Source of the DNA: Fibrobacterales bacterium
Lineage (GTDB): Bacteria > Fibrobacterota > Fibrobacteria > Fibrobacterales > JAOPTW01
Length of the DNA stretch: 64,000 bases
Assembly: GCA_051532035.1 (NCBI GenBank)
Contig: JAOPTW010000019.1
Coordinates: 1-64,000 of the forward strand
Reading direction: 5' to 3'
Position numbers and translations under genes: made by a program. The notes beneath the pieces were generated by a model, which ran no database searches, was not told the origin of the DNA, and saw only the letters and a list, made by a program, of their open reading frames with translations. Of the stretch, positions 50,453 to 61,000 are shown one piece after another; positions within the stretch are counted from its first letter, which is position 1; every line of letters starts with the position of its first letter.

Positions 50453-50745
50453 TATTATTTCCTAACATTAAACTCTTGTAGACAAATAATAGGTATTTAA
50501 ATTGTTTTCGTTCACCTCTCTCCTATGTATCAAAGCATAATTCGTCGATTAAAACAACAATTTTATTTTTATATATTTGGTACCCTTCTCTATTATTGAC
50601 AAACAAAACACTTCTTTACAAATTAACATTGATTCCATAATTCATATTTCTCTATTTAGGTTTGTAATTTCGTATAAACCGCAATAGAAATCATTCAATC
50701 GTAAAATTACTCAATTGTCTCTCTGCAATTATTACCTTTCTCTCC

Positions 50746-51489
50746 ATGATTTCTATACCGCCCTATACCATATTCCCCTTTGATATACTCGAATCAACCA
50801 ATCGACATATTAAAGAAAACCCAACGATCTACCCAGACTGGGCAGTGATCTGGACAAGGGAACAGACGTCAGGAAGAGGTCGCTTTGATCGCACCTGGCA
50901 ATCATCTCCTGGAGACGACCTTACCTTCTCTCTTTATATACCCCTCAAAGGAATTGAGAAGCTCCAATGGGCTAATTTGACCCAAATCATGGCACTTTCA
51001 CTACACGAAGCACTTTTAGAGCTTGATATACGCACGTCTATTAAATGGCCGAATGACCTCCTTATAGAAGGGAAAAAGCTTTGCGGCATTCTGTGTGAGC
51101 TCACCCAACAAAGGGGCTCTCCCATGGCTATATTGGGTGTAGGGCTGAACGTGAACAGTGCACCCAGTTTGATGCAAGCAGTGGACCGCCCTGCGACCTC
51201 TCTTAATACACAAACCTCAAAGATCTACGACCTCTCCATCGTATTATCATACATCTTAGAACGATTTTACGAGAACGTAAAAACCTTGCAAGGCCATAAT
51301 TTTGAACAACTTAGAAAGAAAATTGCTCAAAATTTGACATTTACAGGAGAGCATATTATTATTGTTGACGGTGACAAGCGTCATTCGGGATCAATAATCG
51401 ACCTCAACCATGATGGAACATTACTTTTTGCGTGTGACGAATGTGGAACAATTACCCTCCATTCAGGGGAAATCAGTTTCCGAACTTAA
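50746..51489 (+). CDS. birA: Biotin-protein ligase (no N-terminal HTH)
   Basis: STN, QTSGRGRFDRTW, KWPNDL, KKLCGIL. Confidence 0.94.
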   Translation: MISIPPYTIFPFDILESTNRHIKENPTIYPDWAVIWTREQTSGRGRFDRTWQSSPGDDLTFSLYIPLKGIEKLQWANLTQIMALSLHEALLELDIRTSIKWPNDLLIEGKKLCGILCELTQQRGSPMAILGVGLNVNSAPSLMQAVDRPATSLNTQTSKIYDLSIVLSYILERFYENVKTLQGHNFEQLRKKIAQNLTFTGEHIIIVDGDKRHSGSIIDLNHDGTLLFACDECGTITLHSGEISFRT

Positions 51490-51521
51490 TAACAGTTGTT
51501 TTTAAATAAAAAAAGAGCAGT

Positions 51522-51764
51522 ATGATACAAGATGGAATAATGGTCATGCTTATTGGCATGAGTATCGTGTTTGTTTTCTTGGTGTTGCTAAACATTGCAA
51601 TTAACATTTTAACAAGCCTTACTAAAGAACATGCTCAGAAAGAACAGGATGCGATCGCCGCTGAAGAGCGGGCTTTAAGAGAAAAGAAAGCTCTGAAGTC
51701 CAAACGCGGGTCTGATACCTCACTTATTGCAGCTATTGCTGCAGCTGTTAAACTGAGAGCATAA
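51522..51764 (+). CDS. oadG: Na+-translocating decarboxylase gamma subunit
   Basis: IGMSIVFVFLVLL TM, LIAAIAAAV. Confidence 0.88.
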   Translation: MIQDGIMVMLIGMSIVFVFLVLLNIAINILTSLTKEHAQKEQDAIAAEERALREKKALKSKRGSDTSLIAAIAAAVKLRA

Positions 51765-51800
51765 AAATTTTATAACCGCCTAACCAAGGCAAGGAACACT

Positions 51801-53591
51801 ATGAAAAAACTAAGATTTATGGATACTTCATTTCGCGATGGCTTCCAGTCTGTCTATGGGGCACGCGTATTAACTGAAGACTTTATGCCTGCTGTTGAAG
51901 CTGCGCGTAAAGCGGGCATCACCCACTTTGAAGCTGGGGGCGGCGCACGATTTCAATCACTCTTTTTCTATTGTAATGAATCTGCATTCGACATGATGGA
52001 TGAATTCCGCAAAGTTGCGGGACCTGACGCCGAACTTCAAACCCTTGCACGCGGTATCAATGTTGTAGCACTCTCTCAGTGCCCCAGAGATATTATCGAT
52101 CTCCATGCCAAAATGTTCAAAAAACATGGCATGTCTACCATTCGTAACTTTGATGCACTCAACGATGTGAATAACCTCGTCTACTCTGGAGAGCGCATTA
52201 AAGAAGCAGGTCTTAACCACCAAGTCGTAGTAAGTATGATGGACCTCCCTCCTGGATGTGAAGGCGCACACACTTCTGACTTTTATATGGATCGCCTCAG
52301 ACAAATTCTCGATTCAGGCGTTCCTTTTGACTCAATCTGTTTCAAAGACGCATCAGGTACAGCAAACCCTAAAAAGATTTATGAAACATTTAAAGGCGCT
52401 CGCAAGCTCCTTGGTGATGACGCCCTTCTTTGGCTTCATACCCACGACACTGCTGGCGTAGCAACAACATGTTATATGGCTGCAATCGAAGCAGCAGCAA
52501 CCAAAGATAACAATCTTGGTATCGACATGTGTAAGAGCCCTGTATCGGGTGGTACTGCACAACCAGACATTCTCTCTATGTGGCATGTCCTCAAAGGTAC
52601 CGAATGGGACCTCGGAATCGACCCATTTGAAATCCTCAAAGCGTCTGACGTTTTTGAACAGTGCATGAAAGATTATTATGTACCCCGCGAAGCCAAACAA
52701 GTTTCTCCAGTAATTCCACTCAGTCCAATGCCTGGTGGAGCGCTCACTGCAAATACTATGATGATGCGTGACACCAACACCCTGCACCTCTACCCTGAAG
52801 TAATCAGAGAGATGAGTGATGTAGTGCGTAAAGGTGGATTTGGTACTTCGGTAACTCCTGTATCTCAATTCTACTTTCAGCAAGCATTTGCAAATGTAAC
52901 GCAAGGTAAATGGAATAAAATCACTGATGGCTATGGCAACATGGTCCTTGGTTACTTTGGTAAAACACCAACCGCACCCGATTCAGAAATCGTAAAAATT
53001 GCATCTGAACAATTAGGAAAACCAGTTTTTACTGGTGACCCACTCGATGTACTCGAGCCCGGTATACCACAAGCAACCAAAACACTTCAAGAAAATGGCT
53101 TAGAAGTTACTGATGAAAATATCTTTATTGCCTATGCATGTAAAGACAAAGGCATCGAGTACCTTAAAGGCAACATGACTGCGAACGTTCGTAAAAATGA
53201 ACCTGAGAAATCAGCAACACAAGGGAGCGGTGACGGTAACTACACTATCACGGTAAACGGTAAAGCGCATTCAGTTGCAGTCGCTGGTGAAAACATCACT
53301 GTTGACGGCAAAGCATTCGACATCGCTGTTGCAGAAGGTGGAGTAGCTCCGGCTGCTAAAGCATCATCTGGCGGCGCTGGTGAACCTGTTGTTGCAGCCA
53401 TGCCTGGAACCGTTGTCAGTATTGAAGTGAGCGAAGGTGATCAGATTTCTGAAGGCGACGAGCTCCTTATTGTTGAAGCTATGAAAATGGAATCACCGGT
53501 TAAATCAACGAAATCAGGAGTAGTTACTTCTATTGAGGTGACTGTCGGTGACAATGTTCAAAACGGTGATACTCTCGTTATTATCGAGTAA
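51801..53591 (+). CDS. oadA: Oxaloacetate decarboxylase alpha subunit (carboxyltransferase + biotin carrier)
   Basis: FRDGFQS, CFKDASG, HTHDTAG, MPGG, VTPVSQ, EAMKM; flanked by gamma and beta subunits. Confidence 0.88.
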   Translation: MKKLRFMDTSFRDGFQSVYGARVLTEDFMPAVEAARKAGITHFEAGGGARFQSLFFYCNESAFDMMDEFRKVAGPDAELQTLARGINVVALSQCPRDIIDLHAKMFKKHGMSTIRNFDALNDVNNLVYSGERIKEAGLNHQVVVSMMDLPPGCEGAHTSDFYMDRLRQILDSGVPFDSICFKDASGTANPKKIYETFKGARKLLGDDALLWLHTHDTAGVATTCYMAAIEAAATKDNNLGIDMCKSPVSGGTAQPDILSMWHVLKGTEWDLGIDPFEILKASDVFEQCMKDYYVPREAKQVSPVIPLSPMPGGALTANTMMMRDTNTLHLYPEVIREMSDVVRKGGFGTSVTPVSQFYFQQAFANVTQGKWNKITDGYGNMVLGYFGKTPTAPDSEIVKIASEQLGKPVFTGDPLDVLEPGIPQATKTLQENGLEVTDENIFIAYACKDKGIEYLKGNMTANVRKNEPEKSATQGSGDGNYTITVNGKAHSVAVAGENITVDGKAFDIAVAEGGVAPAAKASSGGAGEPVVAAMPGTVVSIEVSEGDQISEGDELLIVEAMKMESPVKSTKSGVVTSIEVTVGDNVQNGDTLVIIE

Positions 53592-53607
53592 AAAAAGAGA
53601 GATTACA

Positions 53608-55155
53608 ATGAAACTACTCACAACACTTATGACTCTGATGCTCCTTCTTTCGGGAACAGCATCAGCGACCGAATATTTTACTACCGATGATGATGTTACT
53701 ATTCTCACTGCCCCTTTTGATTTAACCATCAATAAGGTATCGGTGAAAAATGGTAAAGAACTCGCCGTTGGTGCATTTATATTCGACAATCAATTTATAG
53801 CAAAGTTTAAGGATAGCGAAGGATTAAAAACAATCTTAACTTCTGGTGCTTCTGGTAAGATCACCTACGTTTCTGATTTGTTTAAAAAACATGCAACCGT
53901 CCCTGCAGGAACTAAACTCCTAGAGATCACCAAAACTGCCATTATGGTAGATGCCGCCTCTGATAAAAAACCACAGGCAAGCCTATCATTTAGTAAGATG
54001 ATAGAAAACCTTGGCAAAAGTACTGGCATCTATAGTATCACAGCAAATAATGGATTTGATTGGACTGATGGTCTTGGTCGTATTATGATGATTATGATTG
54101 GAATGTTACTTCTTTACCTTGGTATAACCAAGGGATTTGAGCCACTTCTCCTCATACCAATTGGTACAGGATCAATCCTTGCAAACATACCGCTTGCATT
54201 CATTAATGATGAAGGTGGTATCCTCCACTTTATCTATGAAGCCGGCATCACAACCGGTATCTTCCCACTCATTATTTTTATGGGTGTCGGTGCAATGACC
54301 GATTTTGGACCGATGCTTGCCAATCCCAAAACACTCCTCCTTGGTGCTGCTGCTCAATTTGGTATTTTCTCGACCCTTATTGGTGCACTAGTACTTTCGC
54401 AGTATGTTCCCGGTATTGACTTCAATTTTCAAGATGCCTCATCAATTGCTATTATTGGTGGTGCAGATGGACCGACATCAATATTTGTTGCATCAAAATT
54501 GAGTCCACGTCTTCTTGGCTCTATTGCTGTAGCAGCCTATTCATACATGGCATTGGTACCTATTATCCAACCTCCTATCATGAAGTTACTCACTACTCCT
54601 GCAGAACGTAAGATCAAAATGACACAGCTTAGATATGTCTCTAAAAGAGAAAAGATTATCTTCCCTGTTATAGTGATTATCATGTGTGCAATGCTTCTTC
54701 CTTCAGCTGCACCACTTATTGGGTTTTTCATGTTTGGTAATATAATGAAAGAGTGTGGCGTTGTTGAACGTCTTTCAAACACCGTTCAAAATTCACTTAT
54801 TAATATAGTGACTATTTTCCTTGGACTTGGAGTAGGATCAAAGCTTTCGGCTGACAAATTCCTCAACCTCGAAACACTCGGAATTATCATTCTTGGACTT
54901 ATTGCCTTTTCTTTTGGCACTGCAGCAGGTGTAATTATGGCACGGGCCATCAACTTCTTCTCTAAGCAAAAGATCAATCCACTTATTGGTTCAGCTGGTG
55001 TATCAGCAGTTCCTATGGCGGCCCGGGTTTCAAATAAAGTTGGACTTGATGAAGACCCACACAACTTTCTCCTCATGCACGCAATGGGACCAAACGTAGC
55101 AGGTGTGGTTGGCTCAGCTGTAGCAGCTGGTGTATTACTCGCTGTGTTTCAATAA
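53608..55155 (+). CDS. oadB: Na+-translocating decarboxylase beta subunit with N-terminal extension
   Basis: [51 protein letters not shown]. Confidence 0.95.
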   Translation: MKLLTTLMTLMLLLSGTASATEYFTTDDDVTILTAPFDLTINKVSVKNGKELAVGAFIFDNQFIAKFKDSEGLKTILTSGASGKITYVSDLFKKHATVPAGTKLLEITKTAIMVDAASDKKPQASLSFSKMIENLGKSTGIYSITANNGFDWTDGLGRIMMIMIGMLLLYLGITKGFEPLLLIPIGTGSILANIPLAFINDEGGILHFIYEAGITTGIFPLIIFMGVGAMTDFGPMLANPKTLLLGAAAQFGIFSTLIGALVLSQYVPGIDFNFQDASSIAIIGGADGPTSIFVASKLSPRLLGSIAVAAYSYMALVPIIQPPIMKLLTTPAERKIKMTQLRYVSKREKIIFPVIVIIMCAMLLPSAAPLIGFFMFGNIMKECGVVERLSNTVQNSLINIVTIFLGLGVGSKLSADKFLNLETLGIIILGLIAFSFGTAAGVIMARAINFFSKQKINPLIGSAGVSAVPMAARVSNKVGLDEDPHNFLLMHAMGPNVAGVVGSAVAAGVLLAVFQ

Positions 55156-55170
55156 TCCGTCTTATTCATT

Positions 55171-55203
55171 AAAAAAAGCTCCGTTTCGTACGGAGCTTTT
55201 TTT
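55171..55203. terminator. Bidirectional intrinsic terminator
   Basis: AAAAAAAGCTCCGT-TTCGT-ACGGAGCTTTTTTT. Confidence 0.9.
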
Positions 55204-55219
55204 GTGTAACGTATTATAG

Positions 55220-55351
55220 CTACAGCATAAACTGTTTCTTCTCTACAAATTCATAGTTCTCTTGATGCTTGTTTTGTCTTCCAAACAATATAAGAAGTAG
55301 CATCACGCTTATAAAAAGAATCAATAGCTTTACACCCGCCGGAACTTTCAT
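55220..55351 (-). CDS. Small single-TM protein (43 aa)
   Basis: GGGGGAG RBS, MKVPAGVKLLILFISVMLLLILFGRQNK..., ends just before the terminator. Confidence 0.5.
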   Translation of the reverse strand: MKVPAGVKLLILFISVMLLLILFGRQNKHQENYEFVEKKQFML

Positions 55352-55528
55352 ATCTCCCCCATGAGGTACCTTAGTATTAATATACCGGATATTCTCATAA
55401 CAGAGTATCAAATACTTGATGCAGCTCATATTGGAAAAATATTGTAATAAATATAAAAGAACTAATACGCTATAATTCAATCAGTTACAGAGTCTGATCG
55501 TATACCTAACCATTGTTCTTGACACAAA

Positions 55529-56035
55529 TTACTCAATCATTGGAATTATGATAATAATACTTTGTGAATCTTTTCCTAGGTTTTGCTCTGTAAAAAATTC
55601 AATCGATTCATCAGCTATAGCAAAGTCTTGCGATGAAATCCACTCTATCATACTCTTGTATGTTGTGTGTATTGATCCATATTTACCGGTATGAATAGCC
55701 TTAAAATAACTTCCTTCAGGAATAAAGCAGTGAGTTAAGGGTTCATTAATAGTACACTGAGAGACTACTGTATAGCCAAAATTAAATACCTGCTTTTTAA
55801 AGAGACTTTTAAAGGCCCCCCATATTGATGTATCAGTTAAATATCCCGGCCAATTTTGATTAAAACGTCGTACAAAGGGGAGATAAATGGGTTTTATCCC
55901 TGAATTAGTGATAACCATTTTCACTTCACTAAAGTTACCCTCTAATAGTCCAGAAATCTGAGACTCCCTACCACTAAAAGGGAGTTCTATGGTCATTGCA
56001 TCTTTTCTATTTATAACAGTAACATTATTCAGCAT
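55529..56035 (-). CDS. GyrI-like small-molecule-binding protein
   Basis: IPEGSYFKAIHTGKYGSIHTTY..WI..SIE; GAGGAG RBS. Confidence 0.75.
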   Translation of the reverse strand: MLNNVTVINRKDAMTIELPFSGRESQISGLLEGNFSEVKMVITNSGIKPIYLPFVRRFNQNWPGYLTDTSIWGAFKSLFKKQVFNFGYTVVSQCTINEPLTHCFIPEGSYFKAIHTGKYGSIHTTYKSMIEWISSQDFAIADESIEFFTEQNLGKDSQSIIIIIPMIE

Positions 56036-56077
56036 AGTCACTCCTCACATCTCTTGATACACAAAATATAGAAAAGC

Positions 56078-56105
56078 AAAAAGGCTCTGAGTTTTCAGAG
56101 CCTTT
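56078..56105 (-). terminator. Intrinsic terminator after the fibro-slime gene
   Basis: Minus strand AAAGGCTCTGA-AAAC-TCAGAGCCTTTTT. Confidence 0.8.
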
Positions 56106-56143
56106 GAAATAAACGATTAAGTAAAGTTACACTAGAGTTGTAA

Positions 56144-57907
56144 TTAGTTTGAAACTCCCGCTATAAGACAAGGCATATTCATAGAAATGATCGCCTGCGA
56201 ACCTCCGCGGGCCCTTTCGGCGATGAAGAAGTCCAGTGTCACTACTTGACCTGTTTTTAATCCAATTTTATCACCTTCCGTTTTAAGTACAAATATCCCC
56301 CCCTGTGGCTCATGTTTGCCTCCAAGGTCAAGTACTAGTTTCCCATCTAAAAACACAAATACATCATCATCCCCAGAGAAGTTAAACATTTGATTTTCTG
56401 CACCTTCACGTATATACATGAACTCCCTGTGTAAATGAAGTGCAAAACCATAATTTCTCTCAGCATTTTCTCCACATTTTACATTTATTCGGTCATTTAC
56501 ATTACCATCTGGATCAGGAATAGTAAGCCCTGGAATTACTCCTCCTTGGCACTCTCGACACTCAAGACCCGTGTTACCACCGGTACCTTCTGCGCAGCTT
56601 CCCGGAACAGGGAAAAATCCTTGCGCATGAGTATTATAGGTATACATGTTATTTCCTTTATGCTCAAAGGTAAGTATTTCATTGTATTTTTTAACAAAAC
56701 CAGCACTTGGATTATTAGGGTTCCACCATTTATCTATATTTTCAGCATAACAATCTGACAACATCGCTGATTGTTTATTGGGTACTGGATAGCCATTAAC
56801 TAACTCATCTTCTACTAACCCCTTAGTTACTTGATTAGGGCATTTAGCTGAATTAGTAAAAGTACTCACTTCAGTATAATCCATTATAGTAACTTCAAAT
56901 TCAACCGATTCTGGTGCTTCGTAATCGTCTGGCAAACAACTAAAACTTGTTGTATTACAATAGAGCGCACAACCTGGATCATCACAATTAGCAAGACCAT
57001 CACCATCATTATCTACCGGCTCACCGTTTTTAGTGTCATTACATGTTGACTCAGTTTCTTCGAGACACCTCGCAAAACGGGTATTACAATCGCTATCTTC
57101 ACAGTCAATTTGACCATCATCATCATTGTCTTTCCCGTCAGCACAACTTGCAAAGGTATTTTCTACATCCCCTATTGGCTGACATTCAGGAGCAAAGCTA
57201 CAATCAAAATCTGAACAATCCGTATCACCATCATTATCATTATCCTTCCCATCATCACATTGTAGCTCAGGTTGGCAAACCACCAAACTCGAACAACCAG
57301 GGTCCTGGCAATCCACCTCACCGTCTTCATCATTATCTTTGCCATCACTACAAGCCCCTAAAGAGTTCTCGAGGCAAAAACTAAATTCGCTACACCCTGG
57401 GTCATCACAGTTAAAATAGCCATCATCATCATTGTCGATCGGGTCTCCATCTTCATCAAGATCTTTACAGTTTTCTTCGGTATTTTCAAGACAGTGCTCA
57501 AATCGAGAACAGCTGGGATCATTACAATCTATGGAACCATCTTTGTCATTATCAACACCATCGGTACACATATCATATGTGTCCTCTTGTGGAACCAAAA
57601 AGCAATATGGCGTATATTTACAGTCAGTATCATCACAATCAACATAGGAGTCATAGTCATTATCTTTTTTGTCGGTACAATTAAGTTCAGGGGTACATAC
57701 ACTCATTTCAAAACAATCTGGGTCTTCACAATCAAGTAATCCATCATCATCATTATCTATCTTATCAATACAGGTAATCATTCCACGTTCGTTTACCTCT
57801 ATATCTTCACTCAAATCTAAATTGAGATAGTCATCACTATCTGACCAACAGCCTAAAAATAATGGTACCAGTAAAACTATACCTATAAGTGATCTATTTT
57901 TTTTCAT
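56144..57907 (-). CDS. Fibro-slime domain lipoprotein with eight Cys/Asp repeats
   Basis: Lipobox FLGC; 8x CxDxxDNDxDGxxDCxDxxC; NYGFALH, FSGDDDVFVFLDGKLVLDLGGKH, FFIAER. Confidence 0.88.
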   Translation of the reverse strand: MKKNRSLIGIVLLVPLFLGCWSDSDDYLNLDLSEDIEVNERGMITCIDKIDNDDDGLLDCEDPDCFEMSVCTPELNCTDKKDNDYDSYVDCDDTDCKYTPYCFLVPQEDTYDMCTDGVDNDKDGSIDCNDPSCSRFEHCLENTEENCKDLDEDGDPIDNDDDGYFNCDDPGCSEFSFCLENSLGACSDGKDNDEDGEVDCQDPGCSSLVVCQPELQCDDGKDNDNDGDTDCSDFDCSFAPECQPIGDVENTFASCADGKDNDDDGQIDCEDSDCNTRFARCLEETESTCNDTKNGEPVDNDGDGLANCDDPGCALYCNTTSFSCLPDDYEAPESVEFEVTIMDYTEVSTFTNSAKCPNQVTKGLVEDELVNGYPVPNKQSAMLSDCYAENIDKWWNPNNPSAGFVKKYNEILTFEHKGNNMYTYNTHAQGFFPVPGSCAEGTGGNTGLECRECQGGVIPGLTIPDPDGNVNDRINVKCGENAERNYGFALHLHREFMYIREGAENQMFNFSGDDDVFVFLDGKLVLDLGGKHEPQGGIFVLKTEGDKIGLKTGQVVTLDFFIAERARGGSQAIISMNMPCLIAGVSN

Positions 57908-58126
57908 TATATATTCCCCAAATTCACAATCTATTTTAACTACACCCCAGACTGCAATTAGTATTTGTTTTAATATATGTTAATAGAAAGTTATGAATAT
58001 TTTCGACCCTTAATAAAGGGTATTATAGAGAGTTTGGTGTTCAATTAGTGTTGTTAAACGATATAAATACTAAAACAACCTAAACAAGCCTAAATGCCCT
58101 GAACAAAAAACCATTTTCATTTTAAT

Positions 58127-58159
58127 AAAAAAAAGGGCCCTGCAATTGCAGGGCCCTTT
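58127..58159 (-). terminator. Intrinsic terminator closing the 63697-58181 operon
   Basis: AAAGGGCCCTGCA-AT-TGCAGGGCCCTTT with an 8-T tract on the minus strand. Confidence 0.88.
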
Positions 58160-58180
58160 AAAAATATCAATGTAATTATG

Positions 58181-60409
58181 TTAGTGACTCACTCTACCAA
58201 AATAGAAGTTCAATCCACCGCGGATAGCTGGTGCAATGTCACCTTTACTGCTTATTGCAACTCCGAGACGGATGTGCGCATCTACAATAACGTTTGGACC
58301 GTTAAAGATAGCTTTACCACCCAACGCAATATTATGATCACTAATGTCACTTGAGTAAACATGATCTTCATACCAGTACAATGGAGCCGCCCATAAAGAA
58401 AGCTTATTATTCATAGCATTCTGCATTCTCAACCATGTTTGGAACTCAATGAGTAACACATCATTATTGAGGTCATCGCGATCTTCCCGAGCTTCTTTGA
58501 GGCCTGGGTGGGCCTCAGTAATAAGTTTATCAATATCATCATATGTTTGATCAGATGCCTCATTACCTTTTATTTCACGAATAGCGGTATTAACTTCATT
58601 TCTTCCATAATCACTGCTATCAATATCTCTCTGGTTATATAATTCAATCGATTGGTTAGAATAATATTGAACCTTATACTCAACTACTACATCAGAGTTA
58701 TGATATGCATTATACTGACCATCTATTCTTAAAAAATGACCACCAAACATAATCCCATCAGTTGCCCATAGCTTTAAGCCACCTTCAACCATAATAGTAT
58801 TTCCTTCAGCCTCTTGAGCTTCACCAGTCGCATTAAGACCGGCGATAAGAAAAGGAATATCTCTTAATCTGAGTTCGTCTGTAATACCTTTCACCATATT
58901 TGGAAAGTTTTTCTGACTGTTTGGAAAAAAGAAACCAAGACGAGCTGAGCCTCTACGATAATACGCATGCGTTGTAACAACATCATTGACTAAGTGTTGA
59001 GTAGAGATACCACCACCGTGCCAGTTTGATTTTGTTCCAAGCACTCTATATGAAACCAATTGTGTTGATTTATTACCAAGGTCATCCTCAGCTTCAAAAA
59101 CAAGACCATATGAACCAGCAAGATCAGTATTTAATTTAAAGTGTTTCTTATCTTTTTCGATAAGGTCATTATTCATGTCATACACTTTATACTTTACTCT
59201 TTGACTTGGGCCTACAGCAACAGGTTTATAATAAGCAGACTGTCCAACTTGTAGTTTGTTAGATGAGAGTGCTGATTTGAAAGCCAATGAAGCAGACTCA
59301 TCAAAACAAATCTCTCTTTCAGCCGATCCACCAATAGGGTCTTTCGCCTGAATCGAGAAACATTTCTTCTCAAGCTTTTTCATTTCTGCTTTTGAGAGTC
59401 CTGATTTCAAAGTAAATTTAAACGTTTGTTTATTAAACTTGATCCCTTTTGGCACATCAAGAGCTTTTACTTTTAGAGTGTTCAGAAGATGGTCCGGGTC
59501 AGTAATTATAGGAGTATATTCCCAAACAGAACCTTTTGCAATTATACTTTCTGGGTTACCAATAATCTTTGGATCTTCATTGTTTTTCACAGTGAGATAA
59601 AAAGATTGTTTATCAATACGTCCAAATTTATTTTTTGCTTCTAGCTTAAGCTTGTACACACCAGCTTTTTTAGGTTTACCACTGATAGTATGTTTACTTC
59701 TACTCCAAGACAATCCTTTTGGAAGTTTTGATTTAAGTGAGTACTTAATCTCTCTACCAGGATTATCAACATCCACTGCCCATACTTGATGTGCAAACTT
59801 TTGACCTTTAAAAGCAATCTCTTTATTAAGAGTTACAATCTCTGGCGACCCTTTCTTTTTGCGCTTAGGAGCAGAAGTTGTCTTAAAAATAAGTTTTTTA
59901 AGAAGCTCTTCTGGAGCCATAAGAACCATATTCGCACCTTCAAACCTAAGAACAAGTTCTAAGGCTGTAGGTGTGTATTTAAAACGATCTTCCATAGTAC
60001 TAAGAAATGCTGCACCAAGAGTGTACGCTTTTCTTTCTATACCAATAGCCTGACTTTCACGAGCAGCCCATGTATTCGAACGAGCTTTTGCTTTTACTTG
60101 AATAACAGGGGCATTTTTAAGGAGCTTTAAAACTCCAGTAGCCTTCATTGTTTGCCATACTTCAGCATCAATAAGCATCACTTTATCGTCAAAACGAATC
60201 ATATCACCAATAGCGATACCTCGTTTGATATTTCCGACTAAGAAGAGCGGCTCACCACTTGCATTAAAACGTGAGGCAAACTTTTTCTGAACTTTTTTAT
60301 CATAGATACGAGAGAGACCAACATGATTCAGTGGCTCGTCGTATCGTGCAATTGCTGAGCCAAAGAATAGCCCAACAATAATTAATATTAGTATAAAATG
60401 TTTAATCAC
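58181..60409 (-). CDS. Exported protein with He_PIG/cadherin-like Ig repeats and a beta-rich C-terminus
   Basis: Signal peptide, LPKGLSW..TISGKP..AGVY.LKLEAKN, DVD/DPD motifs, ends GGLNFYFG.. Confidence 0.75.
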   Translation of the reverse strand: MIKHFILILIIVGLFFGSAIARYDEPLNHVGLSRIYDKKVQKKFASRFNASGEPLFLVGNIKRGIAIGDMIRFDDKVMLIDAEVWQTMKATGVLKLLKNAPVIQVKAKARSNTWAARESQAIGIERKAYTLGAAFLSTMEDRFKYTPTALELVLRFEGANMVLMAPEELLKKLIFKTTSAPKRKKKGSPEIVTLNKEIAFKGQKFAHQVWAVDVDNPGREIKYSLKSKLPKGLSWSRSKHTISGKPKKAGVYKLKLEAKNKFGRIDKQSFYLTVKNNEDPKIIGNPESIIAKGSVWEYTPIITDPDHLLNTLKVKALDVPKGIKFNKQTFKFTLKSGLSKAEMKKLEKKCFSIQAKDPIGGSAEREICFDESASLAFKSALSSNKLQVGQSAYYKPVAVGPSQRVKYKVYDMNNDLIEKDKKHFKLNTDLAGSYGLVFEAEDDLGNKSTQLVSYRVLGTKSNWHGGGISTQHLVNDVVTTHAYYRRGSARLGFFFPNSQKNFPNMVKGITDELRLRDIPFLIAGLNATGEAQEAEGNTIMVEGGLKLWATDGIMFGGHFLRIDGQYNAYHNSDVVVEYKVQYYSNQSIELYNQRDIDSSDYGRNEVNTAIREIKGNEASDQTYDDIDKLITEAHPGLKEAREDRDDLNNDVLLIEFQTWLRMQNAMNNKLSLWAAPLYWYEDHVYSSDISDHNIALGGKAIFNGPNVIVDAHIRLGVAISSKGDIAPAIRGGLNFYFGRVSH

Positions 60410-60416
60410 CTAATCC

Positions 60417-60998
60417 TCACTTTTTAGAGTCGGGTTTCGCTTTACGATTTATAATACCGCGCTCTGCTTTAACCCATTTCTCATAACCTTTAGTCTGTTT
60501 AATAAGCTCTGGATTATCACCGTATGCAACTTCATCATTCAGTGTAAACCAACTCTTCTCTTGGCGACTCCAGACAATTTTACCGAAACGGTAACTCACT
60601 GAAGGCGAGAGTTCCTGACTATAAATTACTGTATATGACTTTTTGTCTTTGTCATGGATAATAACGGTAACGTTACTATCTGCGTCAATTGACTCAAGAT
60701 ATATAGTTTTTTTAGCCCCTTTAGAGATGAGGTTAGTATTTCCTTCGAGATCGAAAGAGTCATAGTATTTCTCTAAAGACTCTTTTCCTTCGTCAGGAAG
60801 CTCTGCTTTTTCAATATGCTTATATATTTTTTCCCAAAATGGGTTCTTGAGGGCCTCATCGAGATTCATTCTATCCAGCTGAATCAGCGGAACAAAGAGA
60901 ACCACGAAGAGTACGAACACAACAACCATTATCGATAGAGCATCTTCTAACGATATTGCTGCGCCCATGTCCTCTTCTAGTTTTACTCTTCTTGCCAT
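60417..60998 (-). CDS. Single-pass MotB/ExbD-like partner with TM Asp and no OmpA domain
   Basis: Basic N-terminus, ISLEDALSIMVVVFVLF TM; directly follows the MotA/ExbB-family gene. Confidence 0.65.
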   Translation of the reverse strand: MARRVKLEEDMGAAISLEDALSIMVVVFVLFVVLFVPLIQLDRMNLDEALKNPFWEKIYKHIEKAELPDEGKESLEKYYDSFDLEGNTNLISKGAKKTIYLESIDADSNVTVIIHDKDKKSYTVIYSQELSPSVSYRFGKIVWSRQEKSWFTLNDEVAYGDNPELIKQTKGYEKWVKAERGIINRKAKPDSKK

Positions 60999-61000
60999 TA

